Below are positions 1 to 15,959 of a stretch of DNA of 64,000 bases, in pieces. The DNA comes from Eledone cirrhosa (taxonomy: Eukaryota): contig OZ024742.1 of the NCBI GenBank assembly GCA_964016885.1, positions 177,754,001-177,818,000 on the forward strand, given 5' to 3'. The translations under genes and the position numbers were made by a program. The notes beneath the pieces were generated by a model. The model searched no databases and had not been told where the DNA came from. It saw only the letters and a program-made list of their open reading frames with translations. Numbering within the stretch: the stretch's first letter is position 1; each line of letters opens with the position of its first letter.

Positions 1-555
1 TAATGAAGATTGCCAGAATCTTAAGAGCTGGAAATAATATTTTGCAAGTATTTAGTGCTGGCTCTCTACGTTCTCTCAGTCGCTGTCATCCTACCTGGGA
101 TACGTTCCTTGTTGTTCTGGAGTTATTTGTTCTTTTCATTGTCTTATACTCAAATTTATGTTACTTTTCATTCTTTTTTATTTCGTACTTTTGATTGAAA
201 CATTATTCTTTCCATTCTAGTAATCTCAGAGATTAAATATGGCCCATAAAAGATAAATTGGGTAGCAGTCTGTTTCCTTAGCCGACTGAATTATCAAATT
301 AATTTCTTTTGAAAATGAATATAACATAAGATATTCGTTTGTGTGTTATGAATTATGTGATGTGAGATGGAAATTCATATGAACGAGTCTCGTGAAGTGG
401 ACCGACTTTTTTCAGCACCTCTTACTTACCATCATGTCAGCCCGTTCCGTCAAACAACAAGAACCATGGGCATGAATTTCCTACAATAGGACTAACTACG
501 ACATTATTTTCAGTTATTACATACATATTGTGGAAAAATAAAAAAAAAAGACTTT

Positions 556-644
556 TCTTGTAAGACGGATTCGAATCACCGACCTAAGGATAACAGTTAA
601 TATCGCACTACAGTCTTCCGCTCTACCAACTGAGCTATCGCGAG
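556..644 (-). pseudogene. Intron-containing tRNA-Tyr(GTA), probably a pseudogene
   Basis: Minus strand reads CTCGCGA-TAGCTCAGTTGGTAGAGCG-GAAGACTGTAG-[16-nt intron 592-607]-ATCCTTAGGTC-GGTGATTCGAATCCGTC-TTACAAGA, followed by a poly-T Pol III terminator. It matches eukaryotic tRNA-Tyr, but the acceptor, anticodon and T stems carry mismatches. Confidence 0.85.
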
Positions 645-1873
645 AACACTAGCGTAGTATTCAAAATATTATATCTTATGTGATGTTAGTGGATTGTATC
701 ACGAAGCGAGAACAATCATTTAAAACATCATGGGAACAGTTTACACGCAGAATACACATACATACATCAACCATCAAGAGAGGGCTGGATTATCAATATC
801 GGTAACGCGCCGGACAACATGCTCGCTCTCTCTCTCTCTCTCTCTCTCTTTCACTATCCTTCGACTATACTATCAGTTACTCTTCATGAACCTGGAGAAT
901 CAATTAAGTGAATATTACTTTAAATATTATTTCAACTTACCAGATGGATGGACATCCGTCTTTTTCGAAGATGAGTTTTGTGATCACTGGAACAGACTGT
1001 TCAGGTAAATAAGGTGTGAGGGACTGAGCATAGACACTAGAACCTTTAACGTAATTCTCAGAGAGATCTAGCGTGTTTCAATATCTGTTATGGTTAATTT
1101 TTTTTTATTTATAGGTACAATCAATCTGTCGGGTTCCAAACAATTTATTACTACCCATTTCGCTCCCACGGTTTGGGACGACATCCAATAGTATCAAACA
1201 CGGTACCTAATGATTGCGAAGAAAATTCGTTAGACATTCGGTCTCTTTACATCCACTTAGAATTAAAGATTGTATCAAATTAAAACTTTTAACTAGCCGG
1301 TGAATTGGTGCAGTCTGACGAACATAGATTTCTGGTATTCGTAGATCACGGCGGAATCTGTTCATGTCCCGCCGATCTCACATTAGCCTTTCATGAGATA
1401 AAAGAGTTTTGATAAGCATAGTTTCTTGGCGGCAGATGTTTAAGGATGTTATTATTTTAATCGTCACGCTCAAGATCTTACTTTATCTACTAATCCACCA
1501 TAAGAATATTTTCAGAATTTATTTTTACTAGCGTACATATTTTCAAAAAAATCCAGTTATGTCTCTTATAGAATTGCTAACATTATAAAAAAAAATATTA
1601 TTGAAGATTATGAAAAAAAAACTGTCAATAATTTTCAGTTACTATGTCAATCAATTTTGTAACCGAGCATTCTTCTGAGTTCTAGTTTTGACGATTGTAT
1701 CGGGCAATATTAAAAATAGACATTTTGAAGAGGTGAATGGATCTGCCGTGATGTCGTAAACACAACGTAAAAATAACAAGCTTATCCAAAATATTGTTCC
1801 GCCCACAAGCCTATTGTGGCTTTGACTGGCAGGTGATTATTTCACCATCAACATTATTCTAATATATGTATGC

Positions 1874-1949
<76 letters not shown>

Positions 1950-2959
1950 ATTAAGTCAAATAGGTAAAATTTGGCTTCGTTTATTATAAATTATAGATAT
2001 ACTGCTATATATATATTTCGGTGACAGCCATCATTGGCTGTGACATCTTCGTCGTGTGCTCCAATCTGCATACTGAAATGTCGGTAAACAACCAACATAT
2101 ACTCAATATATATATAAAAGGTAACCAGAAATAACAACACAATCGGTACAGTATATGGAAGGTATATATTAGGTTAACGCTTGATATAGCAGGAAGAGGT
2201 TCTTAACATTTCGGACGCTAAAGGATGGTGGATTGGATAAATGTGGTATTTATCTGGCTATTTATATCCTGAGTTCAAAACACATCAAGGTCAAGTTTGC
2301 CCTTCCCGCAAATGTCATGGCCATGTGCCTATGTTAGAATATATATATATTATCATTAATACCAGTATTACAACGAAGTCATAAACGGAAAACAGGAATG
2401 TGCGTTTCATTGGCTGGACCAAATGTTTAACCTATGATGTAGGGTAAGCCTCGGAACTAACTTATATAAGGGAGGAAGATCAGAGAGCGGCTAAAAAAGG
2501 GGGCATATATATATAGAAAGGAAGTAATTAGTTTTTAAAAACCATTTGGGCGGGGATTCTTGCAATTATAATGAATCAATGAATATAAAATTAATGAATG
2601 AATATAGAGATACATATTATGTAAGCCTAATCAAACATTTTCAAGGGAGATAACTTTCGACCCAAGTGAATTTATTGGAGGAAAACCTTTTTTTTTTTTT
2701 AGAGTTAGTTGCTATGAAGGCCAACGTTTTAGAAGATGATTCGTGGCGTGGGGGACAGCGTGAGAAAAATTCCTGTCCAATATTCAGAGATCCTTTGTTG
2801 GTGTAAAGATGATTAAGTACCACTACCTCTCACAGTTGCATAATCTGAAAAGCCCATTTATATATGGTATATATAGTTCAGGTATCTTCCATTTAATAAA
2901 CAATTTTCTGTTCATGCCCTTGAGTTACAATATTTTGTTCGGCAAACTAGTTGTATTCC

Positions 2960-3200
2960 ATTTATTTGGTCCAAGTCATGAATATCATTAGATTTACAGC
3001 GAAGTCCAGGGCTTTATCGAGTAATTCTGTGGATATCGACGGGGAAAAGTCCACGATATCAAATTAGTTGAATATAGCCCTATCCGTCTGCTCAAGGGAG
3101 CTAAGCCAATTTGATATCGTGGACGTTTAACCCGTTAATATCTCGATAAAGCACTGGGCATTGCCAGCAAATTTAACGATATCAATGACGTGGACCATCT
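2960..3200 (-). mobile_element. Degraded Penelope-like RT fragment with local inverted duplication
   Basis: Minus strand translates to FDIVDFSPSISTELLDKALDFA (PLE RT motif, compare FDIAGYYPSIS at ~29250). About 2968-3065 is repeated inverted at about 3108-3198. Confidence 0.55.
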
Positions 3201-3943
3201 GTTTATTGGGCAGTGGGTTCTACATAAAAGATTCAGGTGTCCCTTATGTTGTAAACAACCTTTGGACGCATCTTTCTTAGATCTCAGTATCTTTTAATGA
3301 ATTCAATCTCTTTAAAATCCTGAACTTTTCACTGAGGAAGAGGGAGTATCTCTTTGTTCCAGTGATGTGTGGTCTGGACCTCTCTCGGATTCTCAATTTT
3401 ATACTATGGGGGACTCGTTTATTGTTTAACTACCAGACATTTTCCCCTGGACTATGGTGCCAAACAGAAGAGAAAGTTGAGTAGTTTCGTTGTTTAAAAC
3501 GGTCTTGTACCATACCCAAATATAATGCGTACTCAATAGCATGGTGAAGATAAATGGTTTATTAAGACATGTCTGATCGAATGGAATGTTACTCTTTTGC
3601 GTAACAAATCTGTAGCATGTAATGGAAATTCCAGTATAGTATGACACTGAATCATTCTTAATAAACTATATAGACGCCTTAGTATAGTAAAAATTTAGTT
3701 TTTTGTGTAGAAAAGTAATTATGGCTTCGAGGTTTCAGCTAGGTGGCATTAAGTATGTATGTACATATGTATATATGTATGTTCTTCTGGATTTATAATT
3801 TCACAAGTTTTTGCCAATAGAGCGAGAGTCGTTTTCTAACATAGACGCAAGACTCTCTCATTGGAATTTACACATCAACTAGGTAGATATGTATGTATGT
3901 ATGTATGTAACCCGAAAAGAAAAAAAGATCAACATCATCGGGT

Positions 3944-4110
3944 TATAACTTCTGTCGCTCAGAGAGTGGAATTTGCTCAGTGCACAGTCTGTCCTCACTT
4001 TAAAAAATATCTTCACGCACAGGCATTGCACGATAGAATTAATTAATAATTATTAATAATGGTATATCATGCAATGGCCATACTCGATAACGAGGGGGCA
4101 GCCATCATCA
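3944..4110. repeat. Short interspersed non-coding repeat, unclassified, 3 copies
   Basis: The ~165-bp sequence (ctgtcgctcagagagtgg...cgagggggcagccatc) recurs at 4680-5072 (split by a SINE) and inverted at 37785-37942. Confidence 0.75.
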
Positions 4111-4467
4111 TGTATGTATGTCGGGTCACTCTTGAGTGCTACTGGTAACATGTAACCCATTACAACCTGTCGCATGGTCGGGTCGTCGGCAACTAAACCG
4201 GCAACCCCACCAAGTTTACTTGGTGAGGAGGGTGATTTTGGACACCCTGCAAGACAAAAAACAAAACCTGACAAAGAGCGGAAGAATTCATAAGAGTCAA
4301 TGGCCATCCGAAGTGTGTAAAATATGTATATACACATTTACCGCGCGGTTACACCACTTGGAGGGAAGGACCCCTAGCTTTTGTCAGGGCAGTCTTCTAG
4401 AAGAAGGCAACTCAGGAAACTGGGATAACTCCGATATAAGACCTGCGGCTCAGTAGTTACCGATAAT

Positions 4468-4643
4468 TGTTTCTACTTTAGGCACAAGGCCAACAAATTA
4501 CCCAGTGCATTACTGGTACTTTATTTCATCGACCCCGTAAGGATGAAAGGCAAAGTCAACATCGGCGGGATTTGAACTCAGATCGTAAAGAGACGTAACT
4601 ATGCTTGAAAGCATGGCGTCCGACCCTCTACCGATACTGCCAA
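4468..4643 (-). mobile_element. tRNA-derived SINE (octopus-type) with 10-bp TSD
   Basis: A-box-like TGGCAGTATCGG and B-box GAGTTCAAATC on the minus strand, body ttgcctttcatcct...ggggtcga. Flanked by TACCGATAAT at 4458-4467 and 4644-4653. Confidence 0.85.
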
Positions 4644-4781
4644 TACCGATAATGTTGATATTTTCTTCTTTTCGGGTTATAACTACTGTCGCCCAGAGAG
4701 TGGGATTGGCTCAGTGTACAGTCTTTCCTCACTTTAAAAAACGTATTCACGCACTGGCATTGCAAGATAGTATTAATTAAT

Positions 4782-4992
4782 GGTTTCTTATCTAGGCACA
4801 AGGCCAGTAATTTGGGGGAAGGGGAAGTCGATTAAATTGACACCAGTGCGTGACTGGTACTTTATTTTATCGACCCCGTAAGGATGAAAGGCAAAGTTAA
4901 CCTCGGCGGGATTCGAACTCAGATCGTAAAGGACCATAACTCTATGCTGAAAAGCATGGTGCTCGACTCACTACCGATACTGCCAATTCCCC
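4782..4992 (-). mobile_element. tRNA-derived SINE with 20-bp TSD
   Basis: Same SINE family. GCAAGATAGTATTAATTAAT is duplicated at 4762-4781 and 4993-5012. Confidence 0.88.
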
Positions 4993-5954
4993 GCAAGATA
5001 GTATTAATTAATAATTATTAATAATGGTATATCGTGCAATGGCCATCCTCGATAGCGAGGGGGCAGTCATCATGTATGTATGTATGTACGTATGTATGTA
5101 TATATGTATGTATGTATGTACGTATGTATGTACGTATGTGTGTATGTAAATGTGTGTGTATGGGTTAGTTTGTATATATTCTTCATGTTAATCTTCTTTG
5201 TATTGTACACATTGATTGTAGTCACCAGATTGTGAAAGAGATATATACGTTTAACCATGATGATATTGAATATTCGCTGATATTTGAATATAACATTTGA
5301 AACCGATATATGATAATAAATTAACAACAAGATGAGACAGTAAGTTGAGAGTTGAAGGGAGGCTTCCCAGTGTTTCTAACAAGTAGAGTGACTAGGTAAA
5401 GGCACCATCGCTAGTTGTTTGGCTATCTCCATTCCTTCTTATTCCAGAAAAAAACAAATTTCTTTCAACTAACCTGGTGTATGTTTAAGAGCATCGATTT
5501 ATAGTCCAGTTTGATTCATCGATGGATATTACTGTGCATTTTATTGACTGTGGAGAGAGATGAAAGCCTAAGTCAAATTAGAAAGATATTGAACATGCAA
5601 TCATGAGTCACTCGAGTAGTTAGTGCAGAATCTTACGCTTTGCTTTTGATATGATTCACATTAAATTCGAAGAATGGGCTGAGAGCAACATCTAAGCGGT
5701 TACAACAATCATAACAAGTTTGAACGAATCTTTTTCCTTCCAACTCTAGCATATCGAGAATTAAATTCAGGGATAACCGCCATCTTATGTTTCGGTTCTA
5801 TAAATACATAGATACATACATGAATACAAACATACATACATTAATGTATGTATGTATTATGTATAACAAATCGTTAAATACCTTCAAACAATGAAAATGG
5901 AAATGATTATATATGTATGTTGAATATATATATATGCTTATGCACTAACAGCTA

Positions 5955-7977
<2,023 letters not shown>

Positions 7978-8436
7978 ATCACTATATCACTAGAGACAGA
8001 AAGAGCAGTAAGGGTGATAGGGTGTTTAACATATATGTAGGAGTTTGAGAAGAATGTGGATGGAGCGGGTGGAGTTGGTATGAGGTAGGACGTCAAAGTA
8101 ATGGTGGTACTGGTAGTGAGATGGAAGAAGGTGGTGAAAGGGGAGGAGGATCTTAGTGGAATGGCGGTAGTGAGAGTTGAGCTGGATTTGAGAAGGATGG
8201 CGGTAGTTGTGGGTATGCTGGTATTAAAGGGAAAGGTATATGTGAGAAGGAAGCTGGAAGGGTGAAGAAATTTGTGGTAGGAAAAGAGAAAGAAAGATGG
8301 TGTTTATTAATAATGATATTAATGTTTTCTTATTTAGGCACAAGGCCAATGATTTTGAGGCAGGGTGAATCGACACCAGTGTATTACTGTTGCTTTATTT
8401 TATTTTGTAATGATGAAAGGCAAAGCTAATTATAAT

Positions 8437-9590
8437 GGTTTCTTTATTAGCCCTACTGGGCTGATAATAAGCAGACAATATAAACGACATAGGGCGGTAC
8501 AGTGTGTTTGTGTGGTTGATTTTATAACAAAGTCTAAGAATACAACCATTTAAACATTGAGAAATGACAAATACCCAAAATGAGCCGTGAGACTTAAGAG
8601 ATTCACTTGGAGAGAAAGCCCACAGAAGCTACGGTTTTCCTAATTATTAGAGCAATTGCCATCTCTCGGTTGTCCTCCCACAATTTATACACACAAAACA
8701 GGGCTTTTCACTGGGATCTTGATCGCCTCTCACGCCCATCATTCAACAAATTGGTTGGAAGGCAGCACTTTCCTCTCCATCTGATTTTGCTCTACAGGTG
8801 AAACCTGAAAAGGTTATCATGGCTTCGCGCGAAATGGAGAATACTCATCTTCAACTTTTCAAATTCATCTACCACATGCCATATTTCGCCATGGCCACCA
8901 GACTGATAAAAACTGCCTGTCCGTCCCCTCTAAACGAAGGCAGCAGGGTGATCTTCACAATTATCTCATATGATAGTCAAATCTGTTTGACAAGTGACAG
9001 TAGGTGTTGTACATAAACCCACAAGTCACCAACACTTGGACACTCAACGAGTGTATGCAGTGTGGTTTCGTCACCCTGCGGTCATCTCGAACAGGTCCAC
9101 CTGACAGCACGTCCATACTTGTAGAGTTTATCACGAAGTGGCAAAGCTCCTCGGTATCACTGACATGTTAGAGACCTTTGGAAGTTATTCATGGACATGG
9201 GGTTGTGATGTTCCAGGTTCCAATTGTGAAAGATTTCTCTATTTTGAACCCCCTTTGGGTCTCTGGAAGATTTGCAATCACTGTGAGTCCTTCGCACGCC
9301 TCCCAGAACAAGTCGCAGCCTATCGCCAGTTTTTTGCGGCATGAAATGGAAACTGCAATATATTTTTTCAACAAGCCCCTCTACCTAAGGCCTGAACGCA
9401 TCCCTCGTTAACACACGCACTGGATGATGCGGTATGTTTCTTTTTTATTTCTCTCACCATATTGCATTTGCAGTTTCAGCGGTCTTATCCTTGCCAGTCA
9501 CCAATCTGGTTCTTTGTCAAACCCACGAAGAATAGGCTTTTTTAGAGGCGGCCTTTACTCGCAATATCATAGCTACATCATTTGGTGGTG
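8437..9590 (-). mobile_element. Degraded 3' part of an L1/Tx1-like LINE
   Basis: The minus strand gives a Cys/His knuckle remnant (CSR*PQGDETTLHTLVECP...LWVYVQHLL) homologous to CPDEETVAHAFVHY...LWCYVERLL at ~11100. AATAAA lies near the left end. Confidence 0.6.
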
Positions 9591-9639
9591 AGAGTTTTCT
9601 TGGGATCTACTAGTATCAGCCATTGCTCCATCTCTCCTA

Positions 9640-10290
9640 GTAGTTTACCGCTAGTGGTCCGTGGTTTCTTATTCGTCCGGCAGTTGCCCACTTATATTGT
9701 AACTAAAAATCATATATATGGTGGCCGAATCGCTGTCTGTCACTTGCGACCCATTTTCTGCCGAGTGTAAAATCAGTCGGCCGGAATTTGCAGATGATAT
9801 CGTGTTACTTATCTCAACAGGAGGTGATCTGCAACATGAAGTTGATAGGTTCGATGACGACTGCTGCATGACTGGAATGAAAATCTGTCCGCTGAAAACT
9901 GAGAAATTTGTCCTCTAGAGGAAGCCTATGCAGTGCATTCTATATGTGAATGGAGTTCCACTGAATCACGTGGAGAAGATTATGTATTTCGGGGTTTTCA
10001 CAAGTGGTAAAAGGCGGGAATCTGAGTTATGTGCAAGAATTGCAGAGTTGGTATAGTAATGCGCCAGCTTCAGCATTCAGTAATCAGAAGTAGCGGGTAG
10101 ACGTAAAAGTCAAACTCGCTATCTTCAGTTCGGTAATCTTGGGTAACAACCGAAAGAAAACGACCGCGTCTACAAGCGGCCAAGATAGGGTTCCTCCAAA
10201 GGGTATTTCGAGTAACGTTACACGATAGATTTCGCGCATATCTGTGTAATAGGAAGTAAAATACACAATTCTTAGAAGTAGTTTAGAAGT
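9640..10290 (+). mobile_element. RTE-like LINE RT fragment
   Basis: ORF 9718-9918 has FADDIVL...GMKICPLKTE, the non-LTR RT catalytic region. It is interrupted by stops. Confidence 0.65.
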
Positions 10291-10689
10291 CGAAGATTTC
10301 TTCTGTCCTGTCCAGAAAAGAGAAAAAATATAATGATGTTGATAATGATGATCATCATGTTGAAGAAGAAGAAGAAGAAGAAGAAGAAGAAGAAGAAGAA
10401 GAAATGGATTCTAGACCAAAAGTCCCCCGGAAAAGTGTCGCTATTTTATTTTCGTCAATGTCCAGAATCTCCCAAAGAACGTCGTCACTTTTATTCATCT
10501 CTAAACCTCTATAGAGCACCACCGATCTGTTTGACAGAGGGATGTGAGCGTTTGAAGACATTCCAATTTCCAAGCTCTCGCTCTTGGATTTCGCTTGATC
10601 CAGGACTGTACTTTCCTCAAGGAGATGAGATCCGGCAAAAGGTATCTAGCGAACGGTGACTATACCTGGAGATATCGTAGCCTCAGTGT

Positions 10690-13112
10690 ATGACCACCTG
10701 ACTGTTCGCACACATCTCTTTCAGAAAATTGAAAGGGCAAACACTCCAGTGCAGACAGATGCGGACCAGCACATGACACTTCGGTGGAGTAGATAACGAA
10801 CGAGATATATCCGTTTACCACCTCTATCCAACCATTTATGGGTGAGAGTAGCCATCCTGCTCGTTAATAGTCGTCCCAGATTTTATTCATTTGGAGGTCC
10901 GCACCAAACCAGACTCCGAACAATACCAGAGGAAGCTAACACATAGGAAATCCGCCTCTCCCTCGTTTTTAAAGAAGGATGGCAGTTTCATCATGACAAT
11001 TGACTGGGTAGTCAACTGGATTGGTCCCACCCGCAACAATAGTCGTTCTACATAGCACCACAGGTCGGTAACGCCCGAGTAGTGTACAAATGCGTGCGCT
11101 ACGGTTTCTTCGTCGGGCACGCACCTTGGACAGATCTTTTTCGAAGGGTCCTTGCCCGGGCGCCCGTGTCTGTAGAGCTTGTCTCGAACCTTTCAGGGAT
11201 AGTTTGCACTCGGGCCACTGGGTGAGCGCAAACACATTGGCCGTCACCTCGCTCCAGTTCTGCTCCACCTGGAAGTCCGGACCAAACCAGATCCCGAGCA
11301 GCTTTACCGGTCCTTCCGTCCATCGTCCGACGGTTTGCCTCTCCACGATCCGAGTTGCAAACCGACGGATTGGTCCCGGTTCTGCTTCGCTCCTGTGAAC
11401 CTTTCGTATTACTTCAGTAAGGTGCCGACCTCCCCGATTTGCGAGGTGCTCGACACCATTACTGTCACGTCGTCGGCGTAGGCCGACTTCGGTTTTCGCA
11501 GTCCCGGTTCCAAAGGGATACCCTGCAATAGCTCCAACTTCCGCAGTAGTGGCTCGAGAGTCAGTACGTACAGATGGGAGGAGAGGGGGCATCCCTGTCG
11601 GGTGGATCGCGTGATATGGAACGGCTCCGAGAGGTAGCCATTCACCTTGACACTTGAGCAGATGTTGCTGCTGTGCATTGCAGCAATCCAGCCCCTGAAC
11701 ACGGTTCCGAAGCCTGCCGCCTCGAGCACCGCCTCCAGGTTACGATGGGCAACCCTATCGAAAGCCTTAGATTGATCCAAGTTGATCAGGGCCCCACCAA
11801 AGCCGGATTTACACCCTACCCTCTTTATGATTTATCGCAAGAAGTGAAGGTTGTCGTGTGTGGAACTGGTCGGGATTGCGCATGTCTGCGCTTCTCCCAC
11901 CAGGTTTTCGACAAGCGCCAGCCTCTTTGCCAACACATTGGCCAAAATCTGTAACTCTGTGTTGAGCAGAGTCATGGGCCGGAAGTTGCCTATGTCATCC
12001 CTCTTATTCTCGTCCTTCCTGACTAACGTGACTACGCCCTTGGTCACAGAACTGGGAATGTTCACGTTCTGCTGCCAGTTGCAGTAGACCGCTTCCAGGA
12101 AACCGGAGAACAAGTCCGGCATTGCTACGTAAAATTCGTAGGGTAGACCGTCGAGACCTGGATATTTGCGTTTGCCGCATTAGCTCAGCGCCTCCCCTAT
12201 CTCAGCGGCCGAAATCGGCCTTTCACAGAACTTCGCCTCGCTGTCCGAGAGTCTCGGCAGGCCGTCGAGGTATGGACTGAAATTCATAACGCCTCCCGTT
12301 GCACCGCCCTGCCCGAACGGTTGAGCAAAGTGCCGCTGATAGGCCGCCTACATCTGCTTCGGCTCACGTATCACGCGTCCGACTTGGTCCTTCAAAAACC
12401 GAATTGTTGACTTGTTGCCACTTTTCGCCTCTGTCACTTGGGCCCAGCTAACAGCTTTGGCTCCTTCGTTTCCCAGAGCACGTATTTTGCTCCTGACAAT
12501 GCAGCCTTCGTGCTTTGCGTCGAAGAACTGGTCCAAGGCCGTTCTCGTCGCTAACACGCTGGCTACGTTGCCACTCCTAAGTGCCTCTTCTACTTTATCT
12601 ACCAGTTCCTTTTCGGTCTTATTTCTATCTAACACTAATTCTTTGGTGTCTATGGGTTCTATCAAGGTTGACGAAGCAGGTCACTAGTTTGTGATCTGAA
12701 TAGGCAACCATGAACATTTGTGGACAGCTTAACATGTCCCTATCACTAACTCTAATTAGAACCCTATCTATGTACGATTTATATGTTCCGCTGTGGTTGG
12801 TCAACGTACACTGTGGCACAGTTGGAACATCTAGTCGATATCTATCGGCCAGTTGAAATCAGCCGATTAACTGTTTGAGGCTGTTACACCACCCTCTATC
12901 GGGACATGCTCCCACATAGTCCCAACGTGCATCTCGGATTCCATTCTAGTCCCCCACTAACAGCAGAGAGCGGGACGTTCCCTGAAAAGTCTCTAGACGT
13001 TTGAAGAAGTCTGGCCGCGGTGACCCGGATGGGGCATATGCGGCCACCAGCCTGAAGGCTCCACCTTCACTACCGTCAACGTCTAGGACCACCAGTCGAC
13101 TTTCCGGGTCCA
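10690..13112 (-). mobile_element. L1/Tx1-like LINE ORF2 remnant (AP endonuclease, RT, Cys knuckle), frameshifted and 5'-truncated
   Basis: Collinear ORF pieces: SYIDRVL/SDHKLV (EN), NFRPMTLLNT, DQSKAFDRVAH, RQGCPLS, AYADDV, KLLGIWF, CP-ET--H. Confidence 0.88.
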
Positions 13113-13454
13113 GATATATAGATTAATAAAACCTTGTCCGTTATTTATCGCATATATCAAAAATATTTGTTCCTCTGAAGAGAGCAAAATTAATTATAAA
13201 CTACCTTAATTAGATTGACATGATCAGAAGAAACGAGCGGGGATTGTCTTTGTTCTAACAATACAGGAAGCAAAAGAGAGAGTGTGAGAGAGGGAGAATG
13301 AAAGAGAGGGAACTAGAATGAGAGAGAATGAAAGAGTGACAGAAAGCTGTAATTTATTATTAAAATCATGTCTATTTGCGAGGTAACTGAAAATGTACAT
13401 TCACTAAACGTACGCATGCATATTTATTCCTTTATAGCTTATTAATTCATGTAC

Positions 13455-13512
<58 letters not shown>

Positions 13513-13555
13513 GCGTGGGTGTTTTACATATGTAAGTATATATATATATATATCC

Positions 13556-13588
<33 letters not shown>

Positions 13589-13938
13589 TATATCCATATA
13601 TATCCATGTGTATATATATACACACACATGTGTGTGTATGCCTGTATATATGAATATATATATATACATATATACATGTGTGTGTGTGTTTGTGTGTGTG
13701 TGTGCGTGTGTGTGTGTGCTTGTGTGTGTGTGTGTGTGAGTGTGTGTGTTTGCGTGTGCTTGTTTATTCATTTACATAGATATACGTAGCTCAATAATCT
13801 AAACACTATTTTCTGGTTCAGTATGTGGATTTGAATTCTTGGCAATTGTGCAAATATATACAAAATAAACTTATACAATGATACTAATCATATTATCTAT
13901 ACTAATATGCAACTACAACAACAACAAACAGACGTACA

Positions 13939-13982
<44 letters not shown>

Positions 13983-14079
13983 CTCATTTATTAATATTAT
14001 GGTACTATTAATTTATTTGTAGTTATTCTTTTATTATTATCGGGTTGCTTGTGAAGCTAGTGATTCGTATCTGGTGCAA

Positions 14080-14110
<31 letters not shown>

Positions 14111-15959
14111 ATATGTGACTGAGAAAATAATTGTTGAAAAAAATATATAATATAAAAGAGAAGAACAAACGATCATTCAAGACCGCAATACACCACAAAC
14201 TAAAAACAAATCAAAGAAAAAAAAATACATGAATAAAATCATATCCGAACATCTCCAGAAAACACAGTTTCTTCTAACTGAAATTCTTTATTCAATTTCC
14301 AGCAGACGTTTGTTAATTCGATCAACGAAATGCAATTTTAGTATTAAGTGCGCTAATATATCCAGATTTCAACAATTTCGCTGCAGCAATTTCTAAGATG
14401 GTGAAGAATAAAAACGTAAAAAATCTTCTGGAAATGAATTTTAAACTGAATTACAGAAAATTTCATTAGAATATTCCTTTCTTCCGGAATATATATTTTT
14501 GTTTCATATTTATTTTTCTTAATTTTTTTTTTTTTTTTCAAAAAAATGGGATCGTATTATCGTTTTGGGGTGAGGAAGAGATACTTCAATTCTGTACATC
14601 TTCCATTTTTAAACTGGTTGCAGTAATTGTGACATTACTGTGTTTCGATTGCTATTTCAATCTGAGTACAAAAAAAATATGCAATTGTAGTAGTCAATTT
14701 ATTCAGCTTTCTGATATTGCCTATTATCGGTGAGGTAATATGGCTGTCATTTTACCCATTCATAATGTAAGTGTATATGTATAAGACGTATGTATAATAT
14801 ATTCAATACATAAAGATTGTCTTCTACTGTTTGAACATAGCTGCATGATAGATATACTTAAACCGATATAGAAAGTCCCACTTATGTGACGTATTGTATA
14901 AAAACAGGTTTCATATCGTGTGTGTATGAAAACATTGCACAATTTAGGGAAAATTTAAACACATATTGAAGTATATATATATATGTGTTTGTGTGTGTGT
15001 ATGTGTGTGTATGTGTGTATGTGTGTGTGTGTGTGTGCGTCTGAGTGTGCGTATATGTATGTGTGTGTGTGTGCGTGTTTGTGTGTGTGTATAGTCCATT
15101 TATATTGGATAGTTTCAACTAAGAGTTTCCTTACACTCTTACGAAAAATTATTTTTCGTTTATGTTTATCTCGAGTGGTTTGTCGCTTGTGTTGTTTTTT
15201 GGTACAAGGGATGCAACTGGTTTTATCTTAGTCGTTTATGTCGTGGAGAATATGGTTCATCACACAGGGCGTATCTCATGTTTTATTCTGAGTTTTATTT
15301 TATGAAACATGTTTTTATGCGTGTAAAAAATTGAGTTTTGGATTGAATTTACTTATGAAAATCTTTCCTTACTAATTCGTTTCCCTGTGCAAAATCTTCA
15401 CTAAAATGGCGGAATGTGAAGACATGGAAATTTGGCAGAATTTGTCCTCCAAATTCCTCTATATGTTGGCTTAGAGGGATCTTACTCCTGTGTGTGGACC
15501 CCTGATTTGTTAACAGTGAGCTGTCATTCGTCTTCGGATGGAAGTACCTGTTTATCCAAAATAATGTTCGTGTCAGCCTTTACATGTTATAGTGTATATT
15601 AGATTCACCGAGTTGCAAGAGAAGCTTTTTTTAATTTTAAACATGGGACAGACTTTGAAATTAAATTCGTTGCTTTCTAACAGATAGTTGCATACTCTTC
15701 GGTGAGGTCGATTGAACCTTTTTACTCCAGGTTCTTAAATTACAGTGTAGCCTTGCCTACGTTAATATCTTATTTAGTGATTTTGGTTGTCGTTTACTTT
15801 TTATAATTGGGTGTTTTTGTAAGATATTTTTCATTTTCTTGTCCTTTAGTAGTATAGCTAAGTTTAGTTGTATGAGTGTGTACATTTCTGTGTTCCTTGA
15901 GTTGAAGGTTTTGGTAATGATGTAACTTGCGCACTAAATTTCTAGCAACTGATGTTCTC

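Noticed and set aside
11090-12687. Plus-strand ORFs over the Tx1-like LINE
   Set aside because: Antisense shadows of a GC-richer coding remnant.
13165-13245. CTGAAGA...GAAACG hammerhead candidate
   Set aside because: No UH triplet at the expected place and no convincing stems.
15400-15475. AAAATGGCGG as a host gene start or YY1-like promoter motif
   Set aside because: The frame closes after about 22 codons and there is no other support.
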